Shown piece after piece: positions 53,563 to 63,618 of a stretch of DNA of 64,000 nucleotides; the first letter of the stretch is position 1; every line of letters begins with the position of its first letter. The DNA is from a virus, in IMG/VR virus record IMGVR_UViG_3300042868_005761, positions 1-64,000 of that record; one strand, given 5' to 3'. A model generated the notes under the pieces. That model had not been told where the DNA came from and ran no database searches. It worked only from the letters and a program-made list of their open reading frames with translations. The translations under genes and the position numbers were made by a program.

Positions 53563-54105
53563 ATGACTAAAAGAATTGATTTTGCAAATCTTTTTGACAA
53601 TTTTGAAATTAAGTTTGATCCAAAGAGCATCCTAGTAGATACGAAAGATAATCGTTGGCATTATAACAATGAAACAATTACTACACCTGAGAAGGAACCA
53701 CTTGGTTCTATGGCAGTAGTAGCAGAATGGCAAGAAGGAAGACTTCTGTCTTTCCCTGACTTTACCATGCGCGTTTCTCTTACGAGCATTAGCGATCCTG
53801 ATAGGGTTGTTATTGCTACTCTTCCTTTCTCAAGCGCTGTGTACGAGAAAGGGACGTATGAGACCAATGCGGAAGCTGAATATGCTTACTATGCATGGGA
53901 GTGGGGCCTTCAACTTTGGCAGTTTGTATACAACACGGTGAAGAAGACGCCTGCAGCTGCTGAGTGCGCTTTCCTTTATCGTAAGTATAACAACGTTTGT
54001 CATGCATGTTACGGAGAAGGAATCGATCCTAATGTTACTCCTGAGTCGACAACTCTTTGTTACATCTGTAATGGATCAGGGTACTTCGAGCATGTGAAGA
54101 AGTAA
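53563..54105 (+). CDS. protein with C-terminal DnaJ-type Zn finger
   Basis: CHACYGEG..CYICNGSG. Confidence 0.7.
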   Translation: MTKRIDFANLFDNFEIKFDPKSILVDTKDNRWHYNNETITTPEKEPLGSMAVVAEWQEGRLLSFPDFTMRVSLTSISDPDRVVIATLPFSSAVYEKGTYETNAEAEYAYYAWEWGLQLWQFVYNTVKKTPAAAECAFLYRKYNNVCHACYGEGIDPNVTPESTTLCYICNGSGYFEHVKK

Positions 54106-54836
54106 TGGCTTTGCTAACACTAATAATTGCACTACTAGGTGTTGCTGGTGTTACATATACTCTTCTATCTACTCTTAATAAGATAATTAAAACAATCTAT
54201 TACTGGGAGCGAGAGATTATCTTTGTTGATTATGTCAATCCTAAGGAAATTTATATTCAATTTCCCAACGAAGCATTGACTAGCGATACTCTTTCAAAAG
54301 ATATCGAAGTAGATGATCTACATGAGAGGTTTCAATTTGCATCTAGTGAAAATGAAACTGTTTATGTTCCATATGCAAGCTTGCTAGCGGGAATTGTTGA
54401 TATCTTCTTGGGTTATAGAAATGTGATTGGAGCGCTGCAGAATGCAGAAGAAGAGTACAAGGAAGATCCAGAGGAGCTAGAGCTTTTCAAAGCTCCTAAG
54501 AAGTTTGACTTCCCTAGTCTCATGAATGGCCTCGATACCTATAACATATATACAAAATATACTTTATGGGACCTGCAAGAAGATAAAGAAATTCGCATTT
54601 CATCTGCCAGTGATTACTCTGCTTTTGTTAAGCTAGTAATTGAAAACAAGTCTAATCTTTCCTATAGAACACATTATATGGTCTATAAGAAGGTTGGTAC
54701 GAAAGAAACTGGTGAGCTTATAAGTGAATTGACTACTATCTTTAATATTGGCCAAGCTTATAATGATTTATCAAATAAAACCCCAGTAATGGATGTTACC
54801 CATTTGTCGGAGAAAAAGGATGCTGGAAAGAACTAA
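54105..54836 (+). CDS. membrane-anchored hypothetical protein
   Basis: N-terminal TM helix. Confidence 0.75.
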   Translation: MALLTLIIALLGVAGVTYTLLSTLNKIIKTIYYWEREIIFVDYVNPKEIYIQFPNEALTSDTLSKDIEVDDLHERFQFASSENETVYVPYASLLAGIVDIFLGYRNVIGALQNAEEEYKEDPEELELFKAPKKFDFPSLMNGLDTYNIYTKYTLWDLQEDKEIRISSASDYSAFVKLVIENKSNLSYRTHYMVYKKVGTKETGELISELTTIFNIGQAYNDLSNKTPVMDVTHLSEKKDAGKN

Positions 54837-55707
54837 TGATTTAATTCCATGTCTTGATCATGGCTATGTTAAGTTAATTGATGTTATGCCTCATGCTGAT
54901 GCAGAGGATCTTTCATTTAATACTAACATTGCTGACTATGCAATTATTGATGCTGCTAGAGTTAGTTACCAGTCAGGTACTACTCGTAAACAGTCAGACA
55001 AGCAATTGCTACGTTATCTTATGCGTCATTGGCATACTAGTCCATTTGAGATGGTAGAGTTTAAGTTCGAGATGCGCTTGCCTATCTTTGTTATGCGCCA
55101 GCTAGTTCGTCATAGGACTGCTAGCCTTAACGAGGAGAGCGCACGTTACAGTGTCATGGAAGATGTATTCTATGAACCTGATAGTCTTAGAGCTCAAAGT
55201 ACTACCAACAAGCAAGGCAGCGCTGAAGGAGAATTTAATCCCTTCATTGGTCCTAGAGAGAAAGCAACAGCAGTTATGAATCATCAGACTGATGAAGCCT
55301 ATAAGCTTTATCAACAGTTGATTGAGGCTGGTGTCAGTCGTGAACAGGCCCGCATGGTACTTCCTGTTAATCTCTATACACGTGTTGTATGGAAGTGTGA
55401 CTTGCTTAATCTTCTTAAGATGCTTAGGCTGCGCTTAGATCCTCATGCTCAGTATGAGATTCGAGTATTTGCAGAAGCAATTGCCGAATTTGTAAAGCTA
55501 CATTGTCCTTGGACTTGGGAAGCTTTCGAAGATTACTGGCAAGGTGGAGTTTCTTTTAGTAAGGTGGAACTAGATGCTTTACGCTATCTTATTCCCTTTA
55601 CTGGCAAAGAAGCTTTCAATGCAGCTATTCAAGGGACTAACTTTAGCAAAGGCGAGTTGCTAGAGTTTGAAGAGAAATTTAATAGGATTGCCAATGGGGA
55701 AAGTTAA
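54820..55707 (+). CDS. thyX: FAD-dependent thymidylate synthase
   Basis: AARVSY, H.SPFE, RQLVRHR.AS.NEESARY, AQ.EIR. Confidence 0.95.
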   Translation: MLERTNDLIPCLDHGYVKLIDVMPHADAEDLSFNTNIADYAIIDAARVSYQSGTTRKQSDKQLLRYLMRHWHTSPFEMVEFKFEMRLPIFVMRQLVRHRTASLNEESARYSVMEDVFYEPDSLRAQSTTNKQGSAEGEFNPFIGPREKATAVMNHQTDEAYKLYQQLIEAGVSREQARMVLPVNLYTRVVWKCDLLNLLKMLRLRLDPHAQYEIRVFAEAIAEFVKLHCPWTWEAFEDYWQGGVSFSKVELDALRYLIPFTGKEAFNAAIQGTNFSKGELLEFEEKFNRIANGES

Positions 55708-56170
55708 GAACTTGTTACTTAATTTTCTTAATAATTTGGAAGAACGTCTAAGTGACAAAGTTAAAACACTCCAAGATAAAGTGGATTCTTTTCCTCAGGA
55801 GGAAGAGAAGATACCTTCTGAACTTTCTGAGGAGGAATGTCTTTTAATCAATACATTGTCTCAGGAATCTAATTCAAAAATTCTTAAATCTTTAGACTAT
55901 AAGACTTATCTTTTACTATCTATACTTCCAGAAATAAAGATAGAGGAAGATGAACCTAAGGCCTCACTGGATATTTTTATTACTGAGCCAGTACTTATGG
56001 AAAATTGGTTAGAGCATTTTTCAAATTTAAATCGTATTAAACAATTCCAAGCTCTTATTAAACACCCGAAAATACTTTCTGGTAGATATTTATCTGAAAG
56101 TAATGGAACTAATAGAAGGAATATTAAATGCCTCAGAGATTTACCGCTACTAAAGCAGACTTTGAACTAA
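55694..56170 (+). CDS. hypothetical protein
   Basis: ORF in the operon. Confidence 0.65.
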   Translation: MGKVKNLLLNFLNNLEERLSDKVKTLQDKVDSFPQEEEKIPSELSEEECLLINTLSQESNSKILKSLDYKTYLLLSILPEIKIEEDEPKASLDIFITEPVLMENWLEHFSNLNRIKQFQALIKHPKILSGRYLSESNGTNRRNIKCLRDLPLLKQTLN

Positions 56171-56598
56171 AGAGTATCTCAGAATTACAAACATTGGAAA
56201 CTCCCATTCTTGTTAAAGCCGACAATGATTTTAAAGCAATAGGTTTTAATGTTATTTGGGAGCGAGAAGATCTTGACAAATTCAAATTGACTTGCTACTG
56301 TAAGGGAGTATTCACAGCAAACTCAAAAGAGTTTAAATCCTTAGCCAAGGATGAACCTCTGCTTGTTGTTAATAGTACGTTATATAAAGAATTATTTACT
56401 TTTGTCTATAACAGTCAAAAGGATGCTTCTGACAAGGATGTAGTTTCTACAGAGGAATTGCAATTCGTTTATACTGATTTCTTTGAAGATGAGGAAGTTT
56501 TATTCTTCTATCTACAAAAGTTATCTGAAGCATTTAATTGGAAATTGGAAAACAAGAATTTAATACTAGACAAGTGGGAATTATTTCCTCAAGAATAA
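56128..56598 (+). CDS. hypothetical protein
   Basis: AAGGA SD. Confidence 0.7.
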   Translation: MPQRFTATKADFELKSISELQTLETPILVKADNDFKAIGFNVIWEREDLDKFKLTCYCKGVFTANSKEFKSLAKDEPLLVVNSTLYKELFTFVYNSQKDASDKDVVSTEELQFVYTDFFEDEEVLFFYLQKLSEAFNWKLENKNLILDKWELFPQE

Positions 56599-56619
56599 AC
56601 AATACAATAAGGTGAAGTA

Positions 56620-57147
56620 ATGTCAAAGCAGTTTCAGATTGTTAAAAAGAGTAGTGCCCTTCAGATCTCTTACATTCCTGTAACCACTAAAGATAGTGAG
56701 TACGGTAAGCAAGTAGAGAAGGAGGGCGCAGTGTATCTCCAGTTTGCTCGTGCAACTGGTGGTAAAAATGAAGGTGGTCATAATACTTTTGACTGGGGTA
56801 ATAAGATTGTTTTTGCCGTAGGCATTAACGATGTCTACCAGATTCTTAGTTTCTATAATGGTGTAATGAACGGTTGGGTTGATACTTCACAGCGTCAAAC
56901 TCTAAACCTTATTCATGTGCCGCCTGGTGCTAGCGAGGATAACGTCAAGAAGCTTACGTTCCAGAGTGGCGTAGACAAGTATCTAGGTACTTACATGCTT
57001 ACGATGCGCAATGAGGCTGGCGATAGTATCTCTACCTCAATGACCTCAGGTGAGATGGATATCTTCATTAACCTGTGCCGTACAGCTAGTATCTATATGA
57101 CTGGCTTGCATCTTGATCTTCAGCGCGAGCGAGACCCTAAGAAGTAA
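56620..57147 (+). CDS. Whirly-like ssDNA-binding protein
   Basis: K..AL, G...LQFA, DW..K..F, H.P, K.L and T..E motifs colinear with plant Whirly. Confidence 0.7.
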   Translation: MSKQFQIVKKSSALQISYIPVTTKDSEYGKQVEKEGAVYLQFARATGGKNEGGHNTFDWGNKIVFAVGINDVYQILSFYNGVMNGWVDTSQRQTLNLIHVPPGASEDNVKKLTFQSGVDKYLGTYMLTMRNEAGDSISTSMTSGEMDIFINLCRTASIYMTGLHLDLQRERDPKK

Positions 57148-57155
57148 GAACACCT

Positions 57156-57704
57156 ATGAAGAATTTTTATTATAAACTATTAGATAAAATTCGAACTTAT
57201 ATGTGGACTGCGGCTTTTTCCTTTGGGTATGGCTTTAATCCTATACCTGGATTCCCATATAGGCACGGCCTCTGGACCCATATTGGTCTATTCTTTGATG
57301 ACGTAGAGCAAATGGTTATCTATAGATACGGGTCGACCGAAGGTCCAGACATAGACATGGACAAGACAGATTTCTTTGTTTATAAGTATAAAGAGTTGCT
57401 GCCTGAAGGTTACGATATCTACACTAAAACTACTTTTTTGCTTGCAAGTCTTGCACTAAAGCAGTATACTAGTGGCTTAGGATTCAATAGCCTAATGACT
57501 GGTACAAAGCTTCGAATCTATACGAATAGTCCATATGTGGCTGGAGAGCTTCGAAATCACTTAAGCAGATTCAAAGATCCTTACGGGTACAATCCGTATT
57601 TCTTCCAAGCAATGGGAATGAAATCAATGGATCAACATGGAATTCCTTATAACTTTAAACATGCAAACGGTAATTTATTCATAACTTACAGAAAAGAGGG
57701 CTAA
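57156..57704 (+). CDS. hypothetical protein
   Basis: 182-aa ORF. Confidence 0.7.
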   Translation: MKNFYYKLLDKIRTYMWTAAFSFGYGFNPIPGFPYRHGLWTHIGLFFDDVEQMVIYRYGSTEGPDIDMDKTDFFVYKYKELLPEGYDIYTKTTFLLASLALKQYTSGLGFNSLMTGTKLRIYTNSPYVAGELRNHLSRFKDPYGYNPYFFQAMGMKSMDQHGIPYNFKHANGNLFITYRKEG

Positions 57705-58042
57705 TGGAACGCGAAACAGAAGTTAAGATTAAGATTTTAAACAAAGAATCAGAAGAAATTCCTTTTGCTTCTTTGCTCCAGGCGATTGTCAGTAAGATTA
57801 ATCAGCCTGAGGGTATTGAAAACACTAAAGGTAAGAAGGCAATCATGCTTATGATTGAGACTTTGCTTGCTCAGAATGATCCTATGCTTACTGCATTGGG
57901 TGTTCTTGGTGGCGAGAAAACTCTTAATGCGGCAGGTCTTCTACTTTTTGTTGCTTTTCAAGTCGGTAGCCTTGTGGGCTCAGGTGACTTTACTGTAGTC
58001 AGTGAAGATGAGTTGCTTACTCCAGATCCTGTAGCTGAGTAA
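57704..58042 (+). CDS. hypothetical protein
   Basis: TAATG coupling. Confidence 0.7.
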   Translation: MERETEVKIKILNKESEEIPFASLLQAIVSKINQPEGIENTKGKKAIMLMIETLLAQNDPMLTALGVLGGEKTLNAAGLLLFVAFQVGSLVGSGDFTVVSEDELLTPDPVAE

Positions 58043-58205
58043 CTAATTATTATTTAAGAGTATTACATGTATTATTATTTATTAAAAAACAAATATGCCA
58101 TTAAACAGGCTATTGTAATCGCAGCGCCAGTCATTTTTGAGATTGGCCTAAACTTGCTCGCCAAGCACAATGAACGAAAGCTTGGCAAAACCAAAGAGGT
58201 AAATT

Positions 58206-58625
58206 ATGGAAATTAGAGTTCGTGTGAATCCCCTTAGCAATCCTACTGGTCCCGTTGTCGCTATGGCTGACGTGACGCTTGTCACCGATGATGGCGATCT
58301 AATCCTTAAGGGATGGAAGGTTGTCAAGGGTAAGAACGGTCTATTTGCTGGTGCTCCTAGCGCCAAGCGTGGTGAGGCTTATGAGGATACTATTATTGCT
58401 CCCAAGGAGAGCGGCCAGTTCTTGCTTGACATTAAGCAGGCACTTGTTGATGAGTATGAGAGCCAGACGGGTGGCCAGACGCGCTCGTCATCTTCAGCTG
58501 CTAAGCCTGCTGCAAGTAAGCCAGCTACGAAGAGCAGTGTTCCTGACGCATATCTTGCAAAGAAGCCCGCTCCTGCTAAGGTTACAGCCAAGGCTAGCAC
58601 TTCAGATGAGTGGGAAACTGACTAA
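58206..58625 (+). CDS. SpoVG family nucleic-acid-binding protein
   Basis: A.ADVTL, KVV.G.NGLF...PS.K..Y.D...P. Confidence 0.8.
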   Translation: MEIRVRVNPLSNPTGPVVAMADVTLVTDDGDLILKGWKVVKGKNGLFAGAPSAKRGEAYEDTIIAPKESGQFLLDIKQALVDEYESQTGGQTRSSSSAAKPAASKPATKSSVPDAYLAKKPAPAKVTAKASTSDEWETD

Positions 58626-58632
58626 GGAGTAA

Positions 58633-59148
58633 ATGATGGAAATAGATAAAGATAAAGTTGAGTCTGCAAAGAAAAGCTGCGTAACCGATATCAACCTAGT
58701 CAATACTATTTCTTTCAACAAGAAGACTCTGACAGAATGGGCTGAGTATTATCGGGTAAGTTTGCCCGATGATATGACTGTTAAGGACGTCTATAGGCAA
58801 TTTAGACGTATTGCGGACTTACTTAGTGATGTAAATCACAAGCACAGTCAAGCCGTTCTGGCCAGAGATCTTCATCACTCTGCTACCAAGTCTTATAAGG
58901 CTGCAAAGCTTTTGCAACTTAAGAAAGATAATCCTAAGTTTACTGTAGATCAGCTACAGGCAAGTCTTGACGTGGAGTTTGATGACGATAATACAAAGGA
59001 AGTTTTACATAGCTTTCTAGTAGATTTCTTTGAAAGAATTCAGGGCCAACTTATAGGTATGAGAAGGGTGCTGGAAAGTGTAGCTTACTCAGTCAATAGT
59101 GAGTTAAAAGCTTTCGGTAAAGGATCAGAGGGCTTTGAAACCCAGTGA
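58633..59148 (+). CDS. helical hypothetical protein
   Basis: AAGGAG SD; predicted coiled coil. Confidence 0.7.
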   Translation: MMEIDKDKVESAKKSCVTDINLVNTISFNKKTLTEWAEYYRVSLPDDMTVKDVYRQFRRIADLLSDVNHKHSQAVLARDLHHSATKSYKAAKLLQLKKDNPKFTVDQLQASLDVEFDDDNTKEVLHSFLVDFFERIQGQLIGMRRVLESVAYSVNSELKAFGKGSEGFETQ

Positions 59149-59199
59149 TAAGATAATCCTTACCCGCTTCTATTCCCGTTTATTTTAAGAGAGTTTAAA

Positions 59200-61128
59200 A
59201 TGCCAGATATTGATAATTTTACAAAAGATATAGTGACACCTTGGAGCACTGTAGGCTATCTAACTTACAAGAGAACCTATGCTAGAAGGCTTACTGAAAC
59301 TGATCTTAATGGCCCAACAGAGGAATGGACTGACACCGTAGATCGTGTCCTTAATGCTAGTGATAAGCAGCTTAAGGTGGGTTTTACGGCCTATGAGAAA
59401 GCTAGGCTTAGGACTTATATGCTTGAACTTAAGGGTACCGTTGCTGGCCGCTTTCTGTGGCAGCTAGGCACTAGAACTGTTAAGGACCTAGGTCTTCCTA
59501 GCTTACAGAACTGTGCCTTTACTGTCGTCGACGGACCTGTTCGTCCATTCACTTGGACAATGGATATGCTTATGCTTGGTTGTGGCGTTGGCTACAATAT
59601 TCAGCGTGAGCACATTAATAAACTTCCTAAAGTTCGTAAGAACTTTAAAAGCCCAACAAGAAGAGACCAGGGAGACTCTGACTTCATTGTGTCTGACACA
59701 AGAGAAGGTTGGGTTGCACTATTAGCTAAGACTCTTAAGGCTGCATTCCTCGCAGACAAGAAGAATACATTTACATTTAGCACTCAGCTAATCCGTGGTA
59801 AGGGCGCGCCAATCAAAGGCTTTGGTGGTGTAGCTAGCGGTCCTGAGATTTTATGTGAAGGTATAGCTAATATTGGTAAGGTTTTAGAGAAGCGCGCTGG
59901 TAAGCAATTACGCAGTGTTGATTGTCTAGATATCATGAACATTATTGGCAGCATTGTAGTTGCTGGTAACGTACGACGTAGCGCGCAGATTGCCATTGGC
60001 GACTGTGACGACATCGAGTTCTTACTTGCTAAACGTTGGGATTTGGGCACCATTCCCAGCTGGCGTGCAATGTCTAATAACAGTGTTGCTTGCGATGACA
60101 TCAATGATCTTCCAGATATGTTTTGGGATGGATATGAAGGCAAGGGAGAGCCTTATGGTCTAATCAACCTTAAGCTTTCACGCGCTATGGGCCGCCTTGG
60201 TGAAACAGAGTATCCTGATCCTGCTGTCATGGGTTACAACCCTTGTGCAGAACAGAGCCTTGCTAACTTTGAGACTTGCTGTCTTGCAGAAGTATTCCTT
60301 CCGAATATAACAAGTGCCGCTGAATTGGCTGATGTATGTAAACTACTTTACCGTATTAACAAGCATAGCTTGGCTTTACATTGTCATCACTCAGAGACAG
60401 AAGAGATTGTTAATAAGCATATGCGTATGGGTATTGGTATCACTGGATATCTTCAAGCTACAGATGAACAAAAGTCTTGGCTCAGGGATGCTTATGGCGA
60501 GCTTCGGGCTTACGATGTTGAGTATAGCGCTGCAAAGGGATTCCCTGTTAGCGTTAAACTTACTACCGTAAAGCCTAGCGGTACACTTAGTTTGCTTCCT
60601 GGTGTTACACCAGGTGCACATCCTGCTTATGCTAGACATCTTATTCGTCGTATTCGTATTGCTGCTAATCATCCATTGATTGAAGTAGTGCGTTCACACA
60701 ATTATAAGATTGAGTATCAGGAAAACTTTGACGGTAGCCTCGACTATTCAACTATGGTAGCTGAGTTTCCATTCTCTTACCCAGAAGGTACACTTCTAGC
60801 TAGGGACATGACAGCTCTTGATCAGCTTGCAGTTGTTAAAAGACTACAGGAAGACTGGTCAGACAACAGTGTATCTTGCACTATCTACTATAGGAAAGAA
60901 GAACTTGATCAGGTTAAAGAATATCTTCGTGAGAACTATACTTTAAATCATAAGAGTCTTTCATTCTTATTACATTCTGAGCATGGTTTTAAGCAAGCCC
61001 CTCTTGAAGAAATCACAGAAGATGTCTATAATGAACTGGTTAGAACAACTAAGCTAATCGATGGTATTTCATTTGACGCGAGTGTTGACTCTAGCGATTG
61101 CGAAGGTGGATTCTGTCCTGTCAAGTAG
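59200..61128 (+). CDS. nrdJ: class II (B12-dependent) ribonucleotide reductase
   Basis: KRTYAR, NCAF, GNVRRSA, NPCAE, TVKPSGT, C-terminal CEGGFCP. Confidence 0.93.
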   Translation: MPDIDNFTKDIVTPWSTVGYLTYKRTYARRLTETDLNGPTEEWTDTVDRVLNASDKQLKVGFTAYEKARLRTYMLELKGTVAGRFLWQLGTRTVKDLGLPSLQNCAFTVVDGPVRPFTWTMDMLMLGCGVGYNIQREHINKLPKVRKNFKSPTRRDQGDSDFIVSDTREGWVALLAKTLKAAFLADKKNTFTFSTQLIRGKGAPIKGFGGVASGPEILCEGIANIGKVLEKRAGKQLRSVDCLDIMNIIGSIVVAGNVRRSAQIAIGDCDDIEFLLAKRWDLGTIPSWRAMSNNSVACDDINDLPDMFWDGYEGKGEPYGLINLKLSRAMGRLGETEYPDPAVMGYNPCAEQSLANFETCCLAEVFLPNITSAAELADVCKLLYRINKHSLALHCHHSETEEIVNKHMRMGIGITGYLQATDEQKSWLRDAYGELRAYDVEYSAAKGFPVSVKLTTVKPSGTLSLLPGVTPGAHPAYARHLIRRIRIAANHPLIEVVRSHNYKIEYQENFDGSLDYSTMVAEFPFSYPEGTLLARDMTALDQLAVVKRLQEDWSDNSVSCTIYYRKEELDQVKEYLRENYTLNHKSLSFLLHSEHGFKQAPLEEITEDVYNELVRTTKLIDGISFDASVDSSDCEGGFCPVK

Positions 61129-61135
61129 GGAACAC

Positions 61136-61333
61136 ATGTCAAACATTAAACTAGATGAAAAAATTCCAGATCCGCAGAGTTTTTTGCGCATCTTGAAAGA
61201 TGTTTTCTCTTTAGACTTAGAAGATGATCTTCAAAATAATCTAAAGGAATTTATGCAAGGAAACAGATCTATTGATCTTAACGGGCGTAAATATACTAAG
61301 CAGGATTTAAGAGATCTATTTTATACTGAATAG
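61136..61333 (+). CDS. small hypothetical protein
   Basis: AGGGA SD. Confidence 0.6.
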   Translation: MSNIKLDEKIPDPQSFLRILKDVFSLDLEDDLQNNLKEFMQGNRSIDLNGRKYTKQDLRDLFYTE

Positions 61334-61394
61334 CAATACAACTTTCCTATTGTTATAGATTTTTATTTTATTTAAAATAATCATAAGGTGATAT

Positions 61395-62513
61395 ATGAGT
61401 TTAGAAGAAACAGAATGGGAAACAGAAGAAGAATCTTCTTTTGCTACGCCGGGAGCTGTAACCTGGAATCCTAAAACTTTTAATGCTTTTAAGATAAGCA
61501 AGATTAAGCAATATGGCGAAGAACTTGTTCTTGTCACTGGCAAGGACAGCTTACCTACATTCAGCTTTGTTCCGACAAGTGATCCTTGTCTGGATAGTTT
61601 GCTTGGTGGATTTGGTGAGAATGCAGGATGGCCTCGTGGCACCTTTATTGAGATTGCGGGTGAGGAGTCGTCTGGTAAGACTACTCTGATGTACGAAGCA
61701 TTAGCTAGCTTTGCTAAGGCTTTTCCAGAACGTGGTATTGCATTTATCGACATGGAAGGTAACTTCGATGCCGAGTATGCACGTCACCTTGGAGTACCTG
61801 TGGACGACGAAAGATTTGTCTATAGTCTTCCTCAGAATGGCAAGCAAGCTCTTACCCTTCTAGACCAACTGATTCGTAGTGGTATGTTTTCATGCATTGG
61901 ATTAGATAGCTGGGCTGCTCTTAGTCCTCCTGCGTCTGCAGATAATAATGCAGAGGCTGGTGACGGCGCAATTGGCTGGCATGCTTTGCTTAGCTCTAAG
62001 GTGCTTGGCAGGCTTGCTACTTCATACAAGACCTATGACTGTACTTTAATTACGAGTAACCAGATGAGAGTTAATATTACTCCAATGGGCGCTCGCGGTA
62101 CTATCACTACAGGTGGCCGGGCTATTCGCTACTATGCTAGACTTCGTCTTAAGATTCTTCCTATCCCTGGTGATGGCAAAGAGAATCTCAGAAAGGTCCA
62201 GATTGTTAAGGCGCAGGGTGCGGCTCGTGCAGAGGACGAGGTAGAGATTAGTATTAAGTGGGGTATCGGTCTTGACCGAGTTGACTCGCTTATTACTATG
62301 GGTCTAGCTCAGAAGCATATCGTTGCTGCTGGTGCCTGGCTACAGGTTCCTGCTATTGCTCTTAAGGTTCAAGGCAGGAATAATCTTGCAGAACTACTTA
62401 GAAGTGATGGAGCTGCAAGAGCTTCTCTTTGTGATCTACTTGGAGTTAACCACTTTGAAGCTCGTTATCCGCTAACACGTAAGCGCAAAATCGCATACGA
62501 AACCAAGGACTAG
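61395..62513 (+). CDS. recA: RecA/UvsX recombinase
   Basis: G.P.G...EI.GEESSGKTT, FID.E, DS.AAL, NQ.R, GG.A..YYA..R. Confidence 0.92.
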   Translation: MSLEETEWETEEESSFATPGAVTWNPKTFNAFKISKIKQYGEELVLVTGKDSLPTFSFVPTSDPCLDSLLGGFGENAGWPRGTFIEIAGEESSGKTTLMYEALASFAKAFPERGIAFIDMEGNFDAEYARHLGVPVDDERFVYSLPQNGKQALTLLDQLIRSGMFSCIGLDSWAALSPPASADNNAEAGDGAIGWHALLSSKVLGRLATSYKTYDCTLITSNQMRVNITPMGARGTITTGGRAIRYYARLRLKILPIPGDGKENLRKVQIVKAQGAARAEDEVEISIKWGIGLDRVDSLITMGLAQKHIVAAGAWLQVPAIALKVQGRNNLAELLRSDGAARASLCDLLGVNHFEARYPLTRKRKIAYETKD

Positions 62514-62514
62514 A

Positions 62515-63618
62515 ATGGCGTCATTGACAATCTCCTCTAGTGAATTAGAAAAAGTCGCTAGAATAGCCCTGGACGCAGACATTCCTGTTTGCGTCTGGGG
62601 CGCTAGTGGTATTGGTAAAAGCACAATTATATCCAAGACAATAGACAATTTCTTTCGAGACCTAAAGCTTGAGACTCCTATGTTTTGTAAGAGTATCTTT
62701 GCTAAGCGTCAAGTATCTAGTGTGTTTAATCCTTCATCTTTCGATCTTAGATTAGCACATACAGATACTGCAGACTGGGGTATACCAGTTGTAGATGCTG
62801 AACGGATGGTCCATAGAAAAACAAAGCCTTCTTGGCTTCCCAACTCTGTAGACTCAGATTTCTTTGTTCTTTTTGTAGACGAATTAAATCGTGGCACGCA
62901 AGAAGGCATTAATGCAATGATGAGTATCACAGCAGAACGTCGGCTAGGTGAGTATCCTTTACCTCAGAATAGCCGCCTAATTAGTGCTTGTAATCCTCCT
63001 GTTGGCGAGTTTAATACCGATACACTAGACAAAGCTATGAAAAGCAGATGGGCTCATGTCCATTACAACTTAACAACTTCTGAATTCTTATCTCAATGCT
63101 CCGATATAATCGATCCGGCTATGTCGTATATCCTCTCTAATATGAATAATCCTATTGAGAATATACAGTCTGGTCAACTTGCAGGAGAATGGGATATCGA
63201 AAAAGAAATTAGCCCATGTCCTCGTACTATCGAGATGCTTAATCGTCTTGCTCTCTGGACTCTCTGGGCCAGAACTAATGGTATAGAGATTACTGGGGAA
63301 ACAAAGACGGCAGTCTTTGCACTTGCCAGTGGTTTAATTAAATCTAACATTGCTAATAAATGGCTTAACATTCTTCTTAACAAGGACTGGATTGCTAAAG
63401 AATCATTCTTTAACGATTCTATTCTTAATAGAATTAACTCAAAGACCATAGACTACTATGATAGTGTTCTTGTTTTCTCTGAGTATAAGAACTTAATTCC
63501 AACCTTGACAAAGGATCAACTAGCTAGCACTCAGTATATTTTGCAATATGCAAAAGAGTATCCTGAATTCTATGCTATGTTGTCTCAGACAAAATGGCAG
63601 GTCAATACCTTAGAATGA
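62515..63618 (+). CDS. MoxR-like AAA+ ATPase (second)
   Basis: GASGIGKS, LFVDELNR, ACNP, D.AM.SRW, PRT. Confidence 0.85.
   Translation: MASLTISSSELEKVARIALDADIPVCVWGASGIGKSTIISKTIDNFFRDLKLETPMFCKSIFAKRQVSSVFNPSSFDLRLAHTDTADWGIPVVDAERMVHRKTKPSWLPNSVDSDFFVLFVDELNRGTQEGINAMMSITAERRLGEYPLPQNSRLISACNPPVGEFNTDTLDKAMKSRWAHVHYNLTTSEFLSQCSDIIDPAMSYILSNMNNPIENIQSGQLAGEWDIEKEISPCPRTIEMLNRLALWTLWARTNGIEITGETKTAVFALASGLIKSNIANKWLNILLNKDWIAKESFFNDSILNRINSKTIDYYDSVLVFSEYKNLIPTLTKDQLASTQYILQYAKEYPEFYAMLSQTKWQVNTLE

Noticed and set aside
58633-59148. UvsY-like recombination mediator
   Set aside because: Only size, helicity and proximity to recA suggest it; no diagnostic motif
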